Origin: Selaginella moellendorffii
Taxonomy: Eukaryota; Plantae; Lycopodiophyta
DNA: 64,000 bases
NCBI RefSeq assembly: GCF_000143415.4
Contig: NW_003314313.1
Coordinates: 1,255,879-1,319,878 of the forward strand
Direction: 5' to 3'
Shown here: positions 1-13,541 of the stretch, piece by piece
Layout of the letters: each line of letters opens with the position of its first letter
Numbering within the stretch: position 1 is the first letter of the stretch
The notes under the pieces: generated by a model
What the model was told of the DNA's origin: nothing
Databases searched by the model: none
The model's input: only the letters and a program-made list of their open reading frames with translations
Program-made: the position numbers and the translations under genes

Positions 1-955
1 AGCTCCTCCCCCTTCTCTGCATCCACATTGACAGTGGCTGGAAGAAGAATGCAATTCCTCGCCTGTTCAGAAATGCACAACAATTAGAGCTGACAGATGA
101 AAAGCTAGCAGCTGGAAATAACGTGAGGCCACACGCCATTCACCACTGCATCAAATGTCTTGAGGCTGCATCCTAAGATGGCGTGAGGCTACATGCCATC
201 TGTAACCGGACTACACTCGAGAGCCCAATCGGTGCATGCCAATGTTGCTACTGAATGGCATGTGGCCTCATGCCATTTTCTACTTGGCCTAAAAGACTTA
301 CCATTTGAAGCCGAATGGAAGCGTGACAACCGGACTCGCTGGCGAATGTGCACTGTGTGTGCAGCGGATCGTAGCAGCAAGGCTACTCTGCCACTTACAG
401 TTGGAGAGTGGCGCTGAAATCTCCCGGGACGCCAAGTGGGCTGCGTGTGGGTGGCGGAGTGGGCGGCGGAGTTGGCGGCAAAGTTACAAACTGGGTGTGT
501 CTTGAAGTGGACGCCGATGCACACGAGCGCGATGCGAGCGCGAGTGTGATGCAAGCGCGAGTGGACGCCGATGCACACGAGAAACCTATAGAGAAGTGGG
601 AGCGCGAGTGGGAGCGCGATGTGAGCGCGAGTACGAAGCAAAATGCAAAACCTAACCTCACACGCGCGAAATGTCACGACGGTTGGTAATCCCACCACGT
701 CATAATTCCTCGGACTTGGGCGCCACCATTAATTTCTGGATCGGCGCGCGCATGCGTGAAATCCAAAGGAAATCCGCAACGTCATCATTCCTCGGACTGC
801 ATGCACGCGAAATCCAAAAGAAAGATCATGATTGGGATATCATTTAATACCCTCACTATATTTATACCATGCATGATTGGATATTCCAAAGCATCTTGTA
901 TTTCCAAAAATGCCAGATGTTCAGCTAAATAAATTGTCAGAGGATTTGATGTGAC

Positions 956-2379
956 GTTCAAGCGTGTGGGCTCATGCAATTTTGATCCCAAAAAATGCAC
1001 CAAAAAATGCTCGGCGTCATCTGGCGTTATCTCTTGAATGGCGTGGGGCCGCATGCCATTTTCAGGAGCACATAGGAGTATATTCCTAGAATATTCTGAC
1101 ACGCGCGAGATTGTTTTGAGTTTCCTGGAGATCCAACCGTTAGATCGCAACTAGATTTTACAGAATGGTATACAATGTCCTTCTTGATGACCCTGCAAAG
1201 AAGCATCTCGATCGGACACCACATGAGACCACATGAGCCTTACAATGTTTCAGGGGCATTTGCCATAGATCCGACCGTTATTTTGCTCCAAGATTCTACA
1301 GTTTGGTGTGCATTGACCTTTCCATCGACACTGCAAAGGGACATCACAATCAGATGCGGGATCACAAGAAACCAACTTCACTAACTCTGGTTTCACCAAG
1401 ATCTACGTAAGGAGTTATGAAATAAAAGGACCCTCTCTATTGAAATGTGTTTATGGTCCTAGGGGCATTGTGACATATCAAAGGATTTTGCATCAAGTTC
1501 TGTATTTGCATGNNNNNNNNNNNNNNNNNNNNNNNNNNNNNNNNNNNNNNNNNNNNNNNNNNNNNNNNNNNNNNNNNNNNNNNNNNNNNNNNNNNNNNNN
1601 NNNNNNNNNNNNNNNNNNNNNNNNNNNNNNNNNNNNNNNNNNNNNNNNNNNNNNNNNNNNNNNNNNNNNNNNNNNNNNNNNNNNNNNNNNNNNNNNNNNN
1701 NNNNNNNNNNNNNNNNNNNNNNNNNNNNNNNNNNNNNNNNNNNNNNNNNNNNNNNNNNNNNNNNNNNNNNNNNNNNNNNNNNNNNNNNNNNNNNNNNNNN
1801 NNNNNNNNNNNNNNNNNNNNNNGTTCAAGCGTGTGGGCTCATGCAATTTTGATCCCAAAAAATGCACCAAAAAATGCTCGGCGTCATCTGGCGTTATCTC
1901 TTGAATGGCGTGGGGCCGCATGCCATTTTCAGGAGCACATAGGAGTATATTCCTAGAATATTCTGACACGCGCGAGATTGTTTTGAGTTTCCTGGAGATC
2001 CAACCGTTAGATCGCAACTAGATTTTACAGAATGGTATACAATGTCCTTCTTGATGACCCTGCAAAGAAGCATCTCGATCGGACACCACATGAGACCACA
2101 TGAGCCTTACAATGTTTCAGGGGCATTTGCCATAGATCCGACCGTTATTTTGCTCCAAGATTCTACAGTTTGGTGTGCATTGACCTTTCCATCGACACTG
2201 CAAAGGGACATCACAATCAGATGCGGGATCACAAGAAACCAACTTCACTAACTCTGGTTTCACCAAGATCTACGTAAGGAGTTATGAAATGAAAGGACCC
2301 TCTCTATTGAAATGTGTTTATGGTCCTAGGGGCATTGTGACATATCAAAGGATTTTGCATCAAGTTCTGTATTTGCATG
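956..2379. other. Assembly gap (1513-1822) flanked by a near-identical 557-bp duplication
   Basis: 956-1512 is repeated from 1823 (offset 867) directly either side of an N run; probably a contig-overlap artefact. Confidence 0.75.
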
Positions 2380-3528
2380 TTTATCAAGCTACTGAATTGC
2401 TAAACCCTAAACCCTAACCATAAACATGTGGCAAATGCTGTGTGAAGAAAGATGCCCTTTCTAGGCAAATGCTGTAAGAGGCAGATGCCGAGCAGATGTA
2501 TCTCAGGCTAGCGAAGGGGACAAACGAAAGCTAGCTATAAACATGACGGGATGCAAATAGATTACTAGGCTGGTCCTACGAAAATCAAAAACCATAATTG
2601 AAAACATTGAAAATGCAAAAAGAAAGGTTTATAATATTTTTGAATTTTAAGCAACCAAATGAATGTAAGTAGGGCATGTGTTTGTAAGTTTAAAAATGCC
2701 TCAACCACTTAAATTCCCAAGTAAATAAAGCTGTTTCTATTTTTGGTACAGGTAAACTTTATAGCGTGTGGGCTTATGCAATTTTGAACCCAAAAATGCA
2801 CCAAAAAATGCTCGACTAGCATTATTCTTTGAATGGCGTGTGGCCTTATATTGCCATAAATGGACGTACACACATAGCATAATTATTCCTTTACACGGCG
2901 AATAATCTTGGCGCGGATCGCTGACATGGCATGGCAAAGTTCGAATCACTGACATGGCACAGCTGGATCGAGGCAAGTTCAACCTCCGACAGCAAAGTCT
3001 AGAAGCTACTCAGTTTGAAATTTGTCAGAGGAATCATAAGATCTGGTTTGTCAGAGGATTTGATGTGACGTTCAAGCGTGTGTTATTTTTGAATTCTCGA
3101 ACTCATTCCTAGGTCTATCATTTTTGTGCGCCGTGTTCTTGGTTCCGCTGAGTGCAGTGAGCGCTGCTTGTGTAAGCGGCGTTGTCAGCTGTGGTTTATG
3201 CGTCTACAAGCGGTTGCAGCATTGCTAGCGCCATTGCGAGCGGCAGTTTATGCGAGTGGCAGTTTGTGTGAGCGGCGCTACGAGCAGTTGCGGTGTTGCG
3301 AGCGGCGCTACGAGTAGTTGCGGTGTTGCGAGCGGCACTATCTTTGGTGTGGCTACCGCTTCCTCTTGATATTCGGCACTTGTGCTTCCTGGTATGTTCA
3401 CTATGGAATGGTTTAGGACCACATTTAGAAATGGCATGAGGCCACATGCCATCTTGGGCCCTTGCAATTTCATGGCTAGCGTATTGTCATGTATGTTTTT
3501 ACTTGCCTGCAGCTATGTGTATATCAAG

Positions 3529-3720
3529 ATGGCATGAGGCCTCATGCCATCTTTGGCCCCTGCTAACCTATTGCCATATTCCTTTTGCCTTGCTGCAACT
3601 GTATATATTTTTGTATGGGTGACTAGTCACACACACAAAAATATATACAGTTGCAGCAAGGCAAAAGGAATATAGAAACAGGCTAGCAGGGGCCAAAGAT
3701 AGCGTGAGGCCTCATGCCAT
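3529..3720. repeat. 192-bp loopless inverted repeat (foldback)
   Basis: Symmetric about GTGACT|AGTCAC (3624/3625); both arms end in the 22-bp palindrome. A second perfect 36-bp palindrome centred on GGTACC lies at 3710-3745. Confidence 0.9.
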
Positions 3721-3899
3721 TAGTGGTACCACTAATGGCATGAGGGCTCATGCCAATTTTGTGAATGCGAAATTTCACGTGGGTGTCAATAGCATGTTTG
3801 AATAATGGCATGTGGCCTCATGCTATTTGGTATGTTATGATTTAGGCCATTCTCCAATCATTTTTTGTATGGTCTTAACTTCTTTTCTGCACTTTCAGA

Positions 3900-6708
3900 A
3901 TGGCCTTCAGGGTTGGGGAAAAGGTTTACATTTTGAGTGGTGGGAAGAGAGTTGCAAAAGGGACCCTTGTGTCTATGGATCGGAACTTTGTTATACACTG
4001 TCAAAGGCTTGGGGAAGGCAATGCTACTGTATCAGTAGAGACTGTCTTCGATGGGAATGTGGTTGCTATTGAACGAGGAGAGATGGTCGTCGGGGTAAAT
4101 GTTGTTGTTGCCTTGAAAAATCTGCAGAAGAAAGCAGATATTGGGGACAGCGCAAGTGCGATGCATGTTCCCTCCGTGGATCTTAAGAACCGTGCTACAT
4201 GGATTCAGGCAAAGGTGTTTCTAAACAACCCCGAGGGGGAGGTGGTAGCTGAGGGCTTAGCCACAGTTGTCGATCCAAGAGATGCGGTTGCTAATCAAGA
4301 ATTGGGCTGGGATGATATTGGAGTTGCGATTTTAGAGGTTGTTGACATAAAAGAAAACAGTCTGACTATTGGAAGCATTGTGCGGTGGAAATTGAGGCAT
4401 TTAGTGTTTGAGAATGTGAAGGATTCACAATCAAACACCACTACAACTGATGACAGAACATCTCTTCATGGGAAAAGAAAGTACACCTTCCTACAGCGCA
4501 GCCAAAGGGATCTGAGCAACGAACCGAAAAGGCAGAAAATGGCGATGGAGGTTCGAATGGTCTCGACAGTTGCTTGTTGCAAGAGGAGGTGCTGTCAACA
4601 TGCTGATTGGGATGCTATTGAAGAGGAGAGAGCAAGATACAAGACATTGTCCTGGAAGGCAGCTCGCAATTTTGTGTATGAGGCATTACGGTCATCTGTT
4701 GATGCTTCAGAACATCAGGTGGGGGGCATGGTCTTCCAGAGGGGTTTGGTCTGCATGAAGGCATGGAGAATCATTTATGGAGTCCCTCGAAGCACATTCT
4801 ACAGAATCAAAACTGAGTTCGAGGAACAAAGGGTTCAACAGGCAGTCCATGGGAACGACGGTACGCACAAAACCAGGGGTCATGTTGTATATGGAGAGGC
4901 AATCTTCAAGAGGTTTGTCGAGACATGTAGCGAGCAGCAACCACATAAAACCCGCCTCTTGGAAGATGGAACACGAGACACCCAACGAGTTCTCCCTTCC
5001 ATGTATACCAAGGGGGCCATATTGGAAGATGTGAATTGGGAACTCCAGAGTAATGGCTACAGGAAGCTGAGCCAATCTAGATTTAGTAGATTGTGGAGCA
5101 ACAGGTTCAGGGATGTGAGTATAGGAAAGTACTCTAGCTTTTCAAAGTGTGACGAGTGCACTGCTATCAAAATGGCTTTGTCAAAGAATTCTTGCAGCTC
5201 TCAAGAGCGAGAGACGTTGGTTAGAAGGCGGCTCGACCACAACATCGAGCAGAGAAGCTGCAGGACTGCATATTATCATAACAGGATTCTCTCCATGGAG
5301 AGACCTGACTCTTACCTCTGCATCATCCACGACAAAATGGACCAGAAAAAGACGTGCTTACCTCGACTCAATCCTGCCCCCAAGGCAATCTCTTCATCCA
5401 TGCAGCTGCCTGTGTCTCTGTTTGGCATAATCGCTCATGGGCATGGTGCCCAGAACTATGGGAACTTCTTTGTACCTCTATGGGGTGGCGGGGGTGCAAA
5501 CATGATGATTGCGTCCCTAGCAAAACACTTAAGGTCTCTGCAAAGTGCGCAGACTGAGCTGAACGGCCAACCCTTGCATAAGGCCCTTGTCGATCGAACC
5601 CCATACAGGGTTCAGCTGGAGGAGGAGCAAAGGCTTGCAGTATCGCGTGGGGCCCCATACCATCCCAGTGAATATGTTGGCCATCAGATTGTAGGGTTAT
5701 CACGTGAGGCCTCATGCCATTCCGACGAGGCTGGTCGCCCGGTGAATGCACAGCCTCATCCAAACGAAGCAGAATCTCAAGGAAGTTCTTGTGGCCGATG
5801 TGGCCTTCCACCCCATCTTCTGCTCCAAACAGACAATGCTGGCAGTGAGAACAAAAACATGTACGTCTTCGCGTACTTGGCGATGCTTGTTGCCAAAGGC
5901 ATATTTGAAACGGTTACACTTGGCTTTCTCATGGTTGGGCACACTCATGAAGACGTCGATGCCATGTTCAGTCACCTGGCAGAGTCCCTCCGGCGATCCA
6001 ATGTCCTCACCCTCCCACAACTCTACGATGAATTCCAAAATTGTATCAAAGGCACTGTTGAAGCTGCACTTGTGACAGAGGTTCTAGACTTTAAGGGGTT
6101 TGTAAGAGGCTACATCAGGGACGGATCCGAAACGCTGATTGGCCACTCCAAGCCTCTTCAGTTTCATTTCAGCATGCGTGACGGTGCTCCAGTGATGAGG
6201 TACAAGATGAGAGAATGGGACACAGTGTGGCTGCCAGTGGACGGCATTGAACTCTTCAAGAGAGATCCCATAACTGGGGAACCTATGATTCCTCAGGGTT
6301 CCCCACGGCCGATGCACCCGGATGGACTCAAAGACCAGGAAAGTATAGTGGCCGGGATTAGACAGCATATTGCCTTCTGGAAGAGGGGGTTGGTGTTTGG
6401 TGGAGAATCCTATTTTAAGAGGTGCAAGCCTTTGCTCGAATACTGGGAGAAGATTATATCTGCTATCCAAAATGGGCCGGTTGTATATGAAGAATTGGAA
6501 GAGTCCTTTTGGCCAGAACCCAGAGCACCAGATAGTAGCGGAACAATGTCCTCTGGAAATGCAGTGACAGATAACGATGTTGAGGATCACTATTGTGGGC
6601 CGAGGAACAAGAAGCCGGATTCAGCATTCAATCCAGTACAGGTCTGCAAAGGAATGGTCGTGCTTGTCAGACCCAGTAATAAAAAACAAATGATATGTGT
6701 GGGGCGCT
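3900..6708 (+). CDS. DDE/DDD transposase-like protein (Sola1/DUF7869-like), 5' part; interrupted by LTR element A1
   Basis: 937-aa ORF with IIHDKMDQ, LQTDNAGSENKN and FLMVGHTHEDVDAMFS motifs and a CxxC (KCDEC). A splice acceptor tttcag lies just before the ATG. Family assignment is from remembered motifs, not a search. Confidence 0.75.
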
Positions 6709-6919
6709 TGTGAGACACAAAATCTCTAGGCCCCAAAGTGGAGCTGGAAGGGCGCCACATGGTAGTGGCCGAAGCGAGAGCCAAACGAGCGTAACACGTT
6801 TGGACCAAAAGCTCCGACTTGAAAAGTCAAGAGCGGGAGTGGAACTCCCAACGAAGTGCTCGAGGAACGAGCACGAAGCGAACAAAAGGCGAGGCTCCAA
6901 AAAGGGACCAAAAAGGACC

Positions 6920-7478
6920 CGAAATGGAGTCCGAGATGGAGTCCGAGATGGACCCGAGATGGACCCGAGATGGAGTCCGAGATGGAGACCGAGATGGAGT
7001 CCGAGATGGACCCGAGATGGAGTCCGAGTTGGAGTCCGAAGTGGAGTCCGAGATGGAGTCCGAGATGGAGTCCGAGATGGAGTCCGAGATGGAGTCCGAG
7101 TTGGAGTCCGAGGTGGACCTGAGATGGACCCGAGTTGGAGTCCGAAGTGGAGTCCGAGATGGACCCAAGATGGAGTCCGAGATGGAGTCCGAGGTGGACC
7201 CGAGATGGACCCGAAATGGAGTCCGAGATGGAGTCCGAGATGGACCCGAGATGGAGTCTGAGATGGAGTCCGAGATGGAGTCCAAGATGGACCCGAGATG
7301 GAGTCCGAGATGGAGTCCAAGGTGGACCCGAGATAGACCCGAAATGGAGTCCGAGATGGACCCGAGATGGAGTCCGAGATGGACCCGAGATGGACCCGAG
7401 ATGGAGTCCGAGATGGAGTCCGAGATGGAGTCCGAGATGGAGTCCGAGATGGAGTCCGAAGTCAAGACCGAGACCGGA

Positions 7479-7509
<31 letters not shown>

Positions 7510-7626
7510 TCGGGACCGAGACCGAGACCGAGGCCGAGGCCAAGACCGAGCCCGAGCCCGAGTCCGAGTCCAAATCCGAATCCGAGTCCGAGTCCGAGTC
7601 CGAGTCCGAGTCCGAGTCCGAGTCCG
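6920..7626. repeat. LTR minisatellite: 11-12-bp GAGATGGA(GT/C)CC units followed by 6-bp GAGACC/GAGTCC units
   Basis: Directly visible; present in every family A LTR with variable copy number. Confidence 0.95.
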
Positions 7627-8671
7627 GAGCCTGAGAGGGTGAAAGCCCAAAGCGTTCGTCTCCCAGACCCTAGGGGGTTTGGTGAGCTCCAAAAGTATAG
7701 TAGGGGGAGGACTGCAGTGGAGCCAGTTTGGCCAGGAAAGGCCAGTTTGGCCAGGAAAGGCCAGTTTGGCCAGGAAAGGCCAATTTGGCCCAGGAAGGCC
7801 AGACCCAGTGTTGGGTGATGAACTGACCACTGGGAAGTCCAAGACTAGAGTGAATACGGACCGACAAGCGGGGTAGCTTGGTGAAGTGTTCAAGAGCCGG
7901 CTCTAGTTCCCCCGGGAGATCGACTGGCCGATGCTCCCAATCCAAGTGTGGGTGGCACTACCTACTTGGATACCAGGCATGGCTCAACAGAACCTCGCTC
8001 TAAGCCCATGGCTAGAGCACCTAAAGGCGAAAGGCGGGGAGAGTACCCAGGTGGCTCGCGTAAGGCCACGGTGTTCGGAAATGTTGTCCCAAAGGCCTAG
8101 ACTGTGGAAAGGAAGAGGAGCAGTCCTCTGGGGTAGTGACCAAGGACACAGTCGTGTGGTGAGGAAGTCCCAGAGGACCATGGGACTTAGTGGTCGGGCC
8201 TGTGGGCCTCGATCCAGTGGCAGTGTTGGCAAACACGGCCAAGGGCAGAAAGGGACTTGGTAGGAACTGACAAAGGGACTTTGGGGAAGGCGATTCCCCA
8301 GGTCTGTGGGCATCTTAAGGATGCTAAGGAGTGGATCTAGGATGACCACTCGTGGACAGATGGCCCAGTCTTGGAGAGACGGGATGGTGATGCAAGTGGT
8401 ATTGGACCACTAGTGCAGCAAAGGTGAATGGGCATGGCCTTAGCGTAACGGGCCGAGATGTCAGTGGTACCTTTGGGTGTCGGTCTTGGGACCGGACACG
8501 TGGAGCACTTGGACCAGGTGCAAGTGTTGAGTGGCATGGATGCCATTCTTGGGGCTAGCAAGTCCCAAGTCCTGAATTGGACTGATGGAGGTTGTGAATG
8601 AGACTCCTCCAAGTGGTCAGAGGTGTGGTTAAGTGACTAAAGTAAAATGGAAAAATTAGTCGCTTACAACT

Positions 8672-8683
8672 TGGTATCGGAGC
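8672..8683 (+). promoter_or_regulatory. Primer-binding site, tRNA-iMet type
   Basis: TGGTATCGGAGC lies 3 nt after the LTR end and has one mismatch to canonical TGGTATCAGAGC. Same PBS at 24133-24144(-), 33588, 48925, 58301(-) and 60456. Confidence 0.9.
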
Positions 8684-11600
8684 CGTTCCTTAGTCCGACT
8701 TTTATTGGTGCTCAAGTATATCACCACTAGTGTTGGCATCGGAAGGTCCGAGGAGTGGGCCTATCCTTGAGGAGTAGCAAGTCGGGAAGACATGGCTCTC
8801 CATTACAATTCATGTGTGAACTTGTAGACGAGGTGGTGGATAGAAAAGGGCCAATAATGGAACGACTTTGGGATCTTGGGAACAGTGCAAGGTTTTCCTC
8901 ATTGAGTTGAGGATGTGATCCGGATGAGCATTTGTTTCAGCAAATTGGCTTAGGTTGTTGTGGTAAACAACTAAAGTTGGGATCACGGGAAAGATAGAGA
9001 CTCCAAAACAATAAAGGAGTCACAAGATTATCCTCATATAGTTGAGGTTGGTGCTCATGAATGTGAGACAAAAGGTAATGACCGTGGAAGGTCAAATACA
9101 GAAGAGGACTCAAGTCCTTGAAATGGTGGCCGGGGCTACCTCTAATAAATGCTGGAACAACCCAAGGAGTTGGGGGTGTATTAAGTGGATGAGTTGGTAT
9201 TCTCATCACATGGATAAGTAGTCCTAAGGGGCAAAGGTTGCCCCCAGAGAACAAAATCAAGTTTCGGAGTAACACTTCTGAAAATAGTCCTTTTGAGTAG
9301 GACCGGAATGCAAGATGTGTATTCCAGTGAGCTAGTGCCTCACAAGTAGGACCTTACGGGTCGGTGGATTAACCAAGTCCAAAACTGCTAGACGACTCAA
9401 GTAGAGTCCTAAAAAGGACTGAATGAAGCATTTGGACTGAGGTGCGTTGTACCCCACAAAGGATGGGGGGGGATCATAGGATCCAAGGATGAGAACAGAG
9501 AGTATCTCATCGATGGCAAAATGTGCCATGCTAAAGTTATGGGAGAGGTGTTCCCAGAAGAAAACAACTTTGACATAAAGTTGTGTGTGACCTCTATGGG
9601 GCAGTGCTAACAGATGGTTGGCATGAGAAAGAGCGGTGTTGGTCTTGGCAAAGACTTAGACACGAAGGGAAATGTCATAGAGGTAGGCTCGTGGAGCTGA
9701 TGGTGTGGAGACACCAAATGTGCCAAGGTGTGATACCTTGAGGCTATGTTGGTGGGTTCATGAGAACCCCTTGCCAAAGGAATCCCAATGGAAATGGGAA
9801 TGGCATAGCCTAAGCTGCAGAGCATGCAGTTGGAGTGTGGTGACCCAGATAGTGATGGAGGTGTGAAAGCACCAAGCAATGAGTTGTAGGACTTGACAAC
9901 TATGAGGCAACTAAGCAAGAGGTGCAAAATAACTGATTAAACGGGTAGAAGGTAGCTACCCAAGACTTCTAGTATAGGGAAGTCGAATATACCCTTACGG
10001 GGGATAAGTTTCTTATGTTGCGATATAGTAAGTCAATGTCATAAAAGGAAATACTCATTGTCAAGAAAGCCATCATTGTGACACCCGAACACTCTAGAAC
10101 ACCAGAAGGTGGTGTTTGATATCGCGAGGGCAATGGATAAAGCCTAAGGGACTAAGTCCCTAGCGAATGATGGATAGAAGGTGCTATCCAAATGTCCAAG
10201 GTTGAGAAGACAGGAGAGGACTGTCTACCCAAGTTGGACAAAGCCAAAAATGGAATTTTGGCAAGGCTAGTGATGGGCATGTAAAGGCCCATAAGCAACA
10301 ATGTAACCCCAGTGTGTGGGATTATAAGCTGAGCATACCCGGATTGAGGAACCACTCCCTGGGCTATTGGGTAGGTTCATCCCTAAGAATACTTGCTAAG
10401 GCATGCTAGAAAGTGCAAAGCTATCCTCTTGGTCTGGAGGAGAATGACCGAAGGAAAGGTGTGAAGCCAAAGGCAAGTAGTGTTGGGATGGAACTGAACC
10501 ATAGAAATCAAAGGGCATATCCAACAGTGGTTATGAAAGTTGGGAGTGGAGAATCAAGAGGGTGCTCGAGGATGTTGTTGCTAGCAACCGTGATGCTATG
10601 GAGAGTCTAAAATATGGAATTGTCCATGTTAGACTATATGGCAACTATAAAGCTTGCGAAAGGGGAGGCCTTAGCAAGCTGAGGGACAGAGTCCCTTCAA
10701 AGTTCCCAAAGACGATTCTAGGTGGCGTAGTACCTAGAAAGGCCAAGTGTAAATGGTTCATGGAACGCGCGAAATTAGAGTGGCGCAGCAGAAGCGTGGT
10801 CTTGAAGCTTGCCATGAGGCAAGGTTATCAAGGTTAGGGGAGTAGTTCCCGAGTGTTCAAAGAGAGGGCTTTGAACGAAAGTCGATGGTCAAGGACTTTC
10901 ACGCTTACGCAGGAACCATGTTACAATGGTCGGAGGACTTGCCAAGTGAGATTGGCACGTCGGGGGAACAAAGACCCTAGTTGAAGGTGATATCTTCAAA
11001 AAGGGTGGGCCGGGGGGCCGAGCATGGAGGAGTCCATGCATGATCATAGACATGTCAAGTGAGAGGACTTGGCAGTGTGGAGGAACTAGGTTCCTAAGCT
11101 GTGATCTGTAGCGCGCTTTAAAAATAGGTTGGTGCACCGGCGTGGGGAGTCACGCTAGGCATCTAGTGTGATGCCGTCCGTAGATGCATATACGGAGGTT
11201 GGGTTCGAGTCCCGACCCTCTAGTGCTTGGGTTCGAGTCCCAAATCACTAGGGCGTGGTGATGGTTTGGAATATGAGGACACTCATATTTCGGTGGTCAT
11301 GGACTCTCAGTGGGGAGACTGGTTTGGGCACACCGCCAAGCGAGGGATGCCTCGGAGTCGTGATGCACGGTTAGATTGCTTAGTGTGAAAGCTCAGCATA
11401 TCTAACTTGAACACTTTGGTGCAAGTGGCACCAAGGTCGTGGTGAGTGAGATGGGGACACCTAATCTCAGTTGCTATGAACCCTTGGCCGTAAGGGCTAG
11501 CTTGGGTGCACCGCCAAGTGTGGGGGATGCCCCCGGGGTTATAGTCAACAACTTGGAGGTCTGGAAGACCAAGTACCTCTTGGCAACTCTGTTAAGGTGC

Positions 11601-13510
11601 CAAGGTGAGATCACTAGGTGATCTTATGGCCAGATAAGGACGAGGTCCTTGGTTGGCTAAGGAATGAAGTTCCTGGTTCAAAATGTTGAAATTGAACTGT
11701 TTAAGGTGGTATGGCTTGGTCGTGATAACCAAGTGGGAAGAGCACCTAAGGGAAATAAACTATGTCCGTGCGATGGCATAGTGAGTCCGAGGAAAGTAGT
11801 CTCTATAAAAGACCCATGGGAGGGTCACGAAGTTGGGCCGTGGATAGAGCCCATAGCAGAAGATGCTAAAGAGACGTACTAGGGGTGAACATCCTCCGGA
11901 CTTGGCAAAGAAGAGTCTTTGCTATGGAACAGAAACAATACCTCAAGGAGGGAGGTAGAGATTCGATGTTGCTTGGTGCAACGATCAACGGATAGGAGCA
12001 AAAGATGAGTGGCCAAGATAGGGCCGTGGAATCCATTGGAAGGAATCCAAGTGACAAAGTTAGGCGAGGAACACTAATGTGTTGGACGCTAACGAGTTGC
12101 AGGAAAGGAAGTGTGTTTCCAAGGAGGGATTCCGAAATGCTCCGATTTGGCAAAAGTGGAAGCTCCAAGGGAGGGAGCGGTAAGGTAGCCAAATGATAGG
12201 GCCATGAACAGCCCTAGCACAAAGCATGATAACTGGAACTTTGGCACGAAATAGAAGAGAGGATGATGGTGCCCTCGAGTAGAGAACTTCCTAGGATGGG
12301 AAGTGGAGTTGCACAAAAGGTGCAAGGCAAGGTGTCGGAGACACCTAGGAAATCGACTCCAAGAAGTCAAAATTCAAAGTTCCAAAGTGCAAAGGTTATA
12401 TCGATGGAAATTGAGACTACTCGAGAAGGAGTAGTGGGATTGACTTAGAGAAGGGTCTCTAAGAGGTTTAGCGAGAACTAAACCAATAAAACGAGAGAAC
12501 CACTATATGTGGTCCAATCAGTCTCTAAGTTGGAAAGACTACCCTCCTTAGAGGATATGCAAAAGGCATGGTGAGCCTTCAATGTCCAACCATTGACGAA
12601 TATGGAGAAGGCATGGTGAGCCTTCAATGTCACACCATTGACAAATATTGGCTACGCGCCAAGGATGGAAATGGTAACACATGCGGGTGTTACTTTATAA
12701 AATGGTTCACCGTTCGATGAGGACATCGAACTTCGTCTATGGGTGGTGGAGTTGTGAGACACAAAATCTCTAGGCCCCAAAGTGGAGCTGGAAGGGCGCC
12801 ACATGGTAGTGGCCGAAGCGAGAGCCAAACGAGCGTAACACGTTTGGACCAAAAGCTCCGACTTGAAAAGTCAAGAGCGGGAGTGGAACTCCCAACGAAG
12901 TGCTCGAGGAACGAGCACGAAGCGAACAAAAGGCGAGGCTCCAAAAAGGGACCCAAAAGGACCCGAAATGGAGTCCGAGATGGAGTCCGAGATGGACCCG
13001 AGATGGACCCGAGATGGAGTCCGAGATGGAGTCCGAGATGGAGTCCGAGATGGACCCGAGATGGAGTCCGAGTTGGAGTCCGAAGTGGAGTCCGAGATGG
13101 AGTCCGAGATGGAGTCCGAGATGGAGTCCGAGTTGGAGTCTGAGGTGGACCTGAGATGGACCCGAGTTGGAGTCCGAAGTGGAGTCCGAGATGGACCCAA
13201 GATGGAGTCCGAGATGGAGTCCGAGGTGGACCCGAGATGGACCCGAAATGGAGTCCGAGATGGAGTCCGAGATGGACCCGAGATGGAGTCCGAGATGGAG
13301 TCCGAGATGGAGTCCGAGATGGACCCGAGATGGAGTCCGAGATGGAGTCCAAGGTGGACCCGAGATAGACCCGAAATGGAGTCCGAGATGGACCCGAGAT
13401 GGAGTCCGAGATGGACCCGAGATGGACCCGAGATGGAGTCCGAGATGGAGTCCGAGATGGAGTCCGAGATGGAGTCCGAGATGCAGTCCGAAGTCGAGAC
13501 CGAGACCGGA

Positions 13511-13541
<31 letters not shown>

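Larger units (their letters stand above)
1..3899. repeat. Copy 1 of the tandem transposase-bearing unit (region upstream of the transposase)
   Basis: Position 1 (agctcctcccccttctctgc) aligns with 15831, and similarity continues with indels to about 3808/18162. Confidence 0.9.

Noticed and set aside
956-2379. Real tandem duplication
   Set aside because: The copies abut an N gap and are almost identical; most likely an unmerged contig overlap.
6667-7893. Long MESE/WSPR/SDSIS/LGLHLG ORFs here and in all A LTRs (up to 511 aa)
   Set aside because: Translation artefacts of the minisatellite; open in several frames on both strands.
11194-11243. tRNA gene or SINE
   Set aside because: Only T-arm/B-box hairpins are present; no A-box, cloverleaf or tail.
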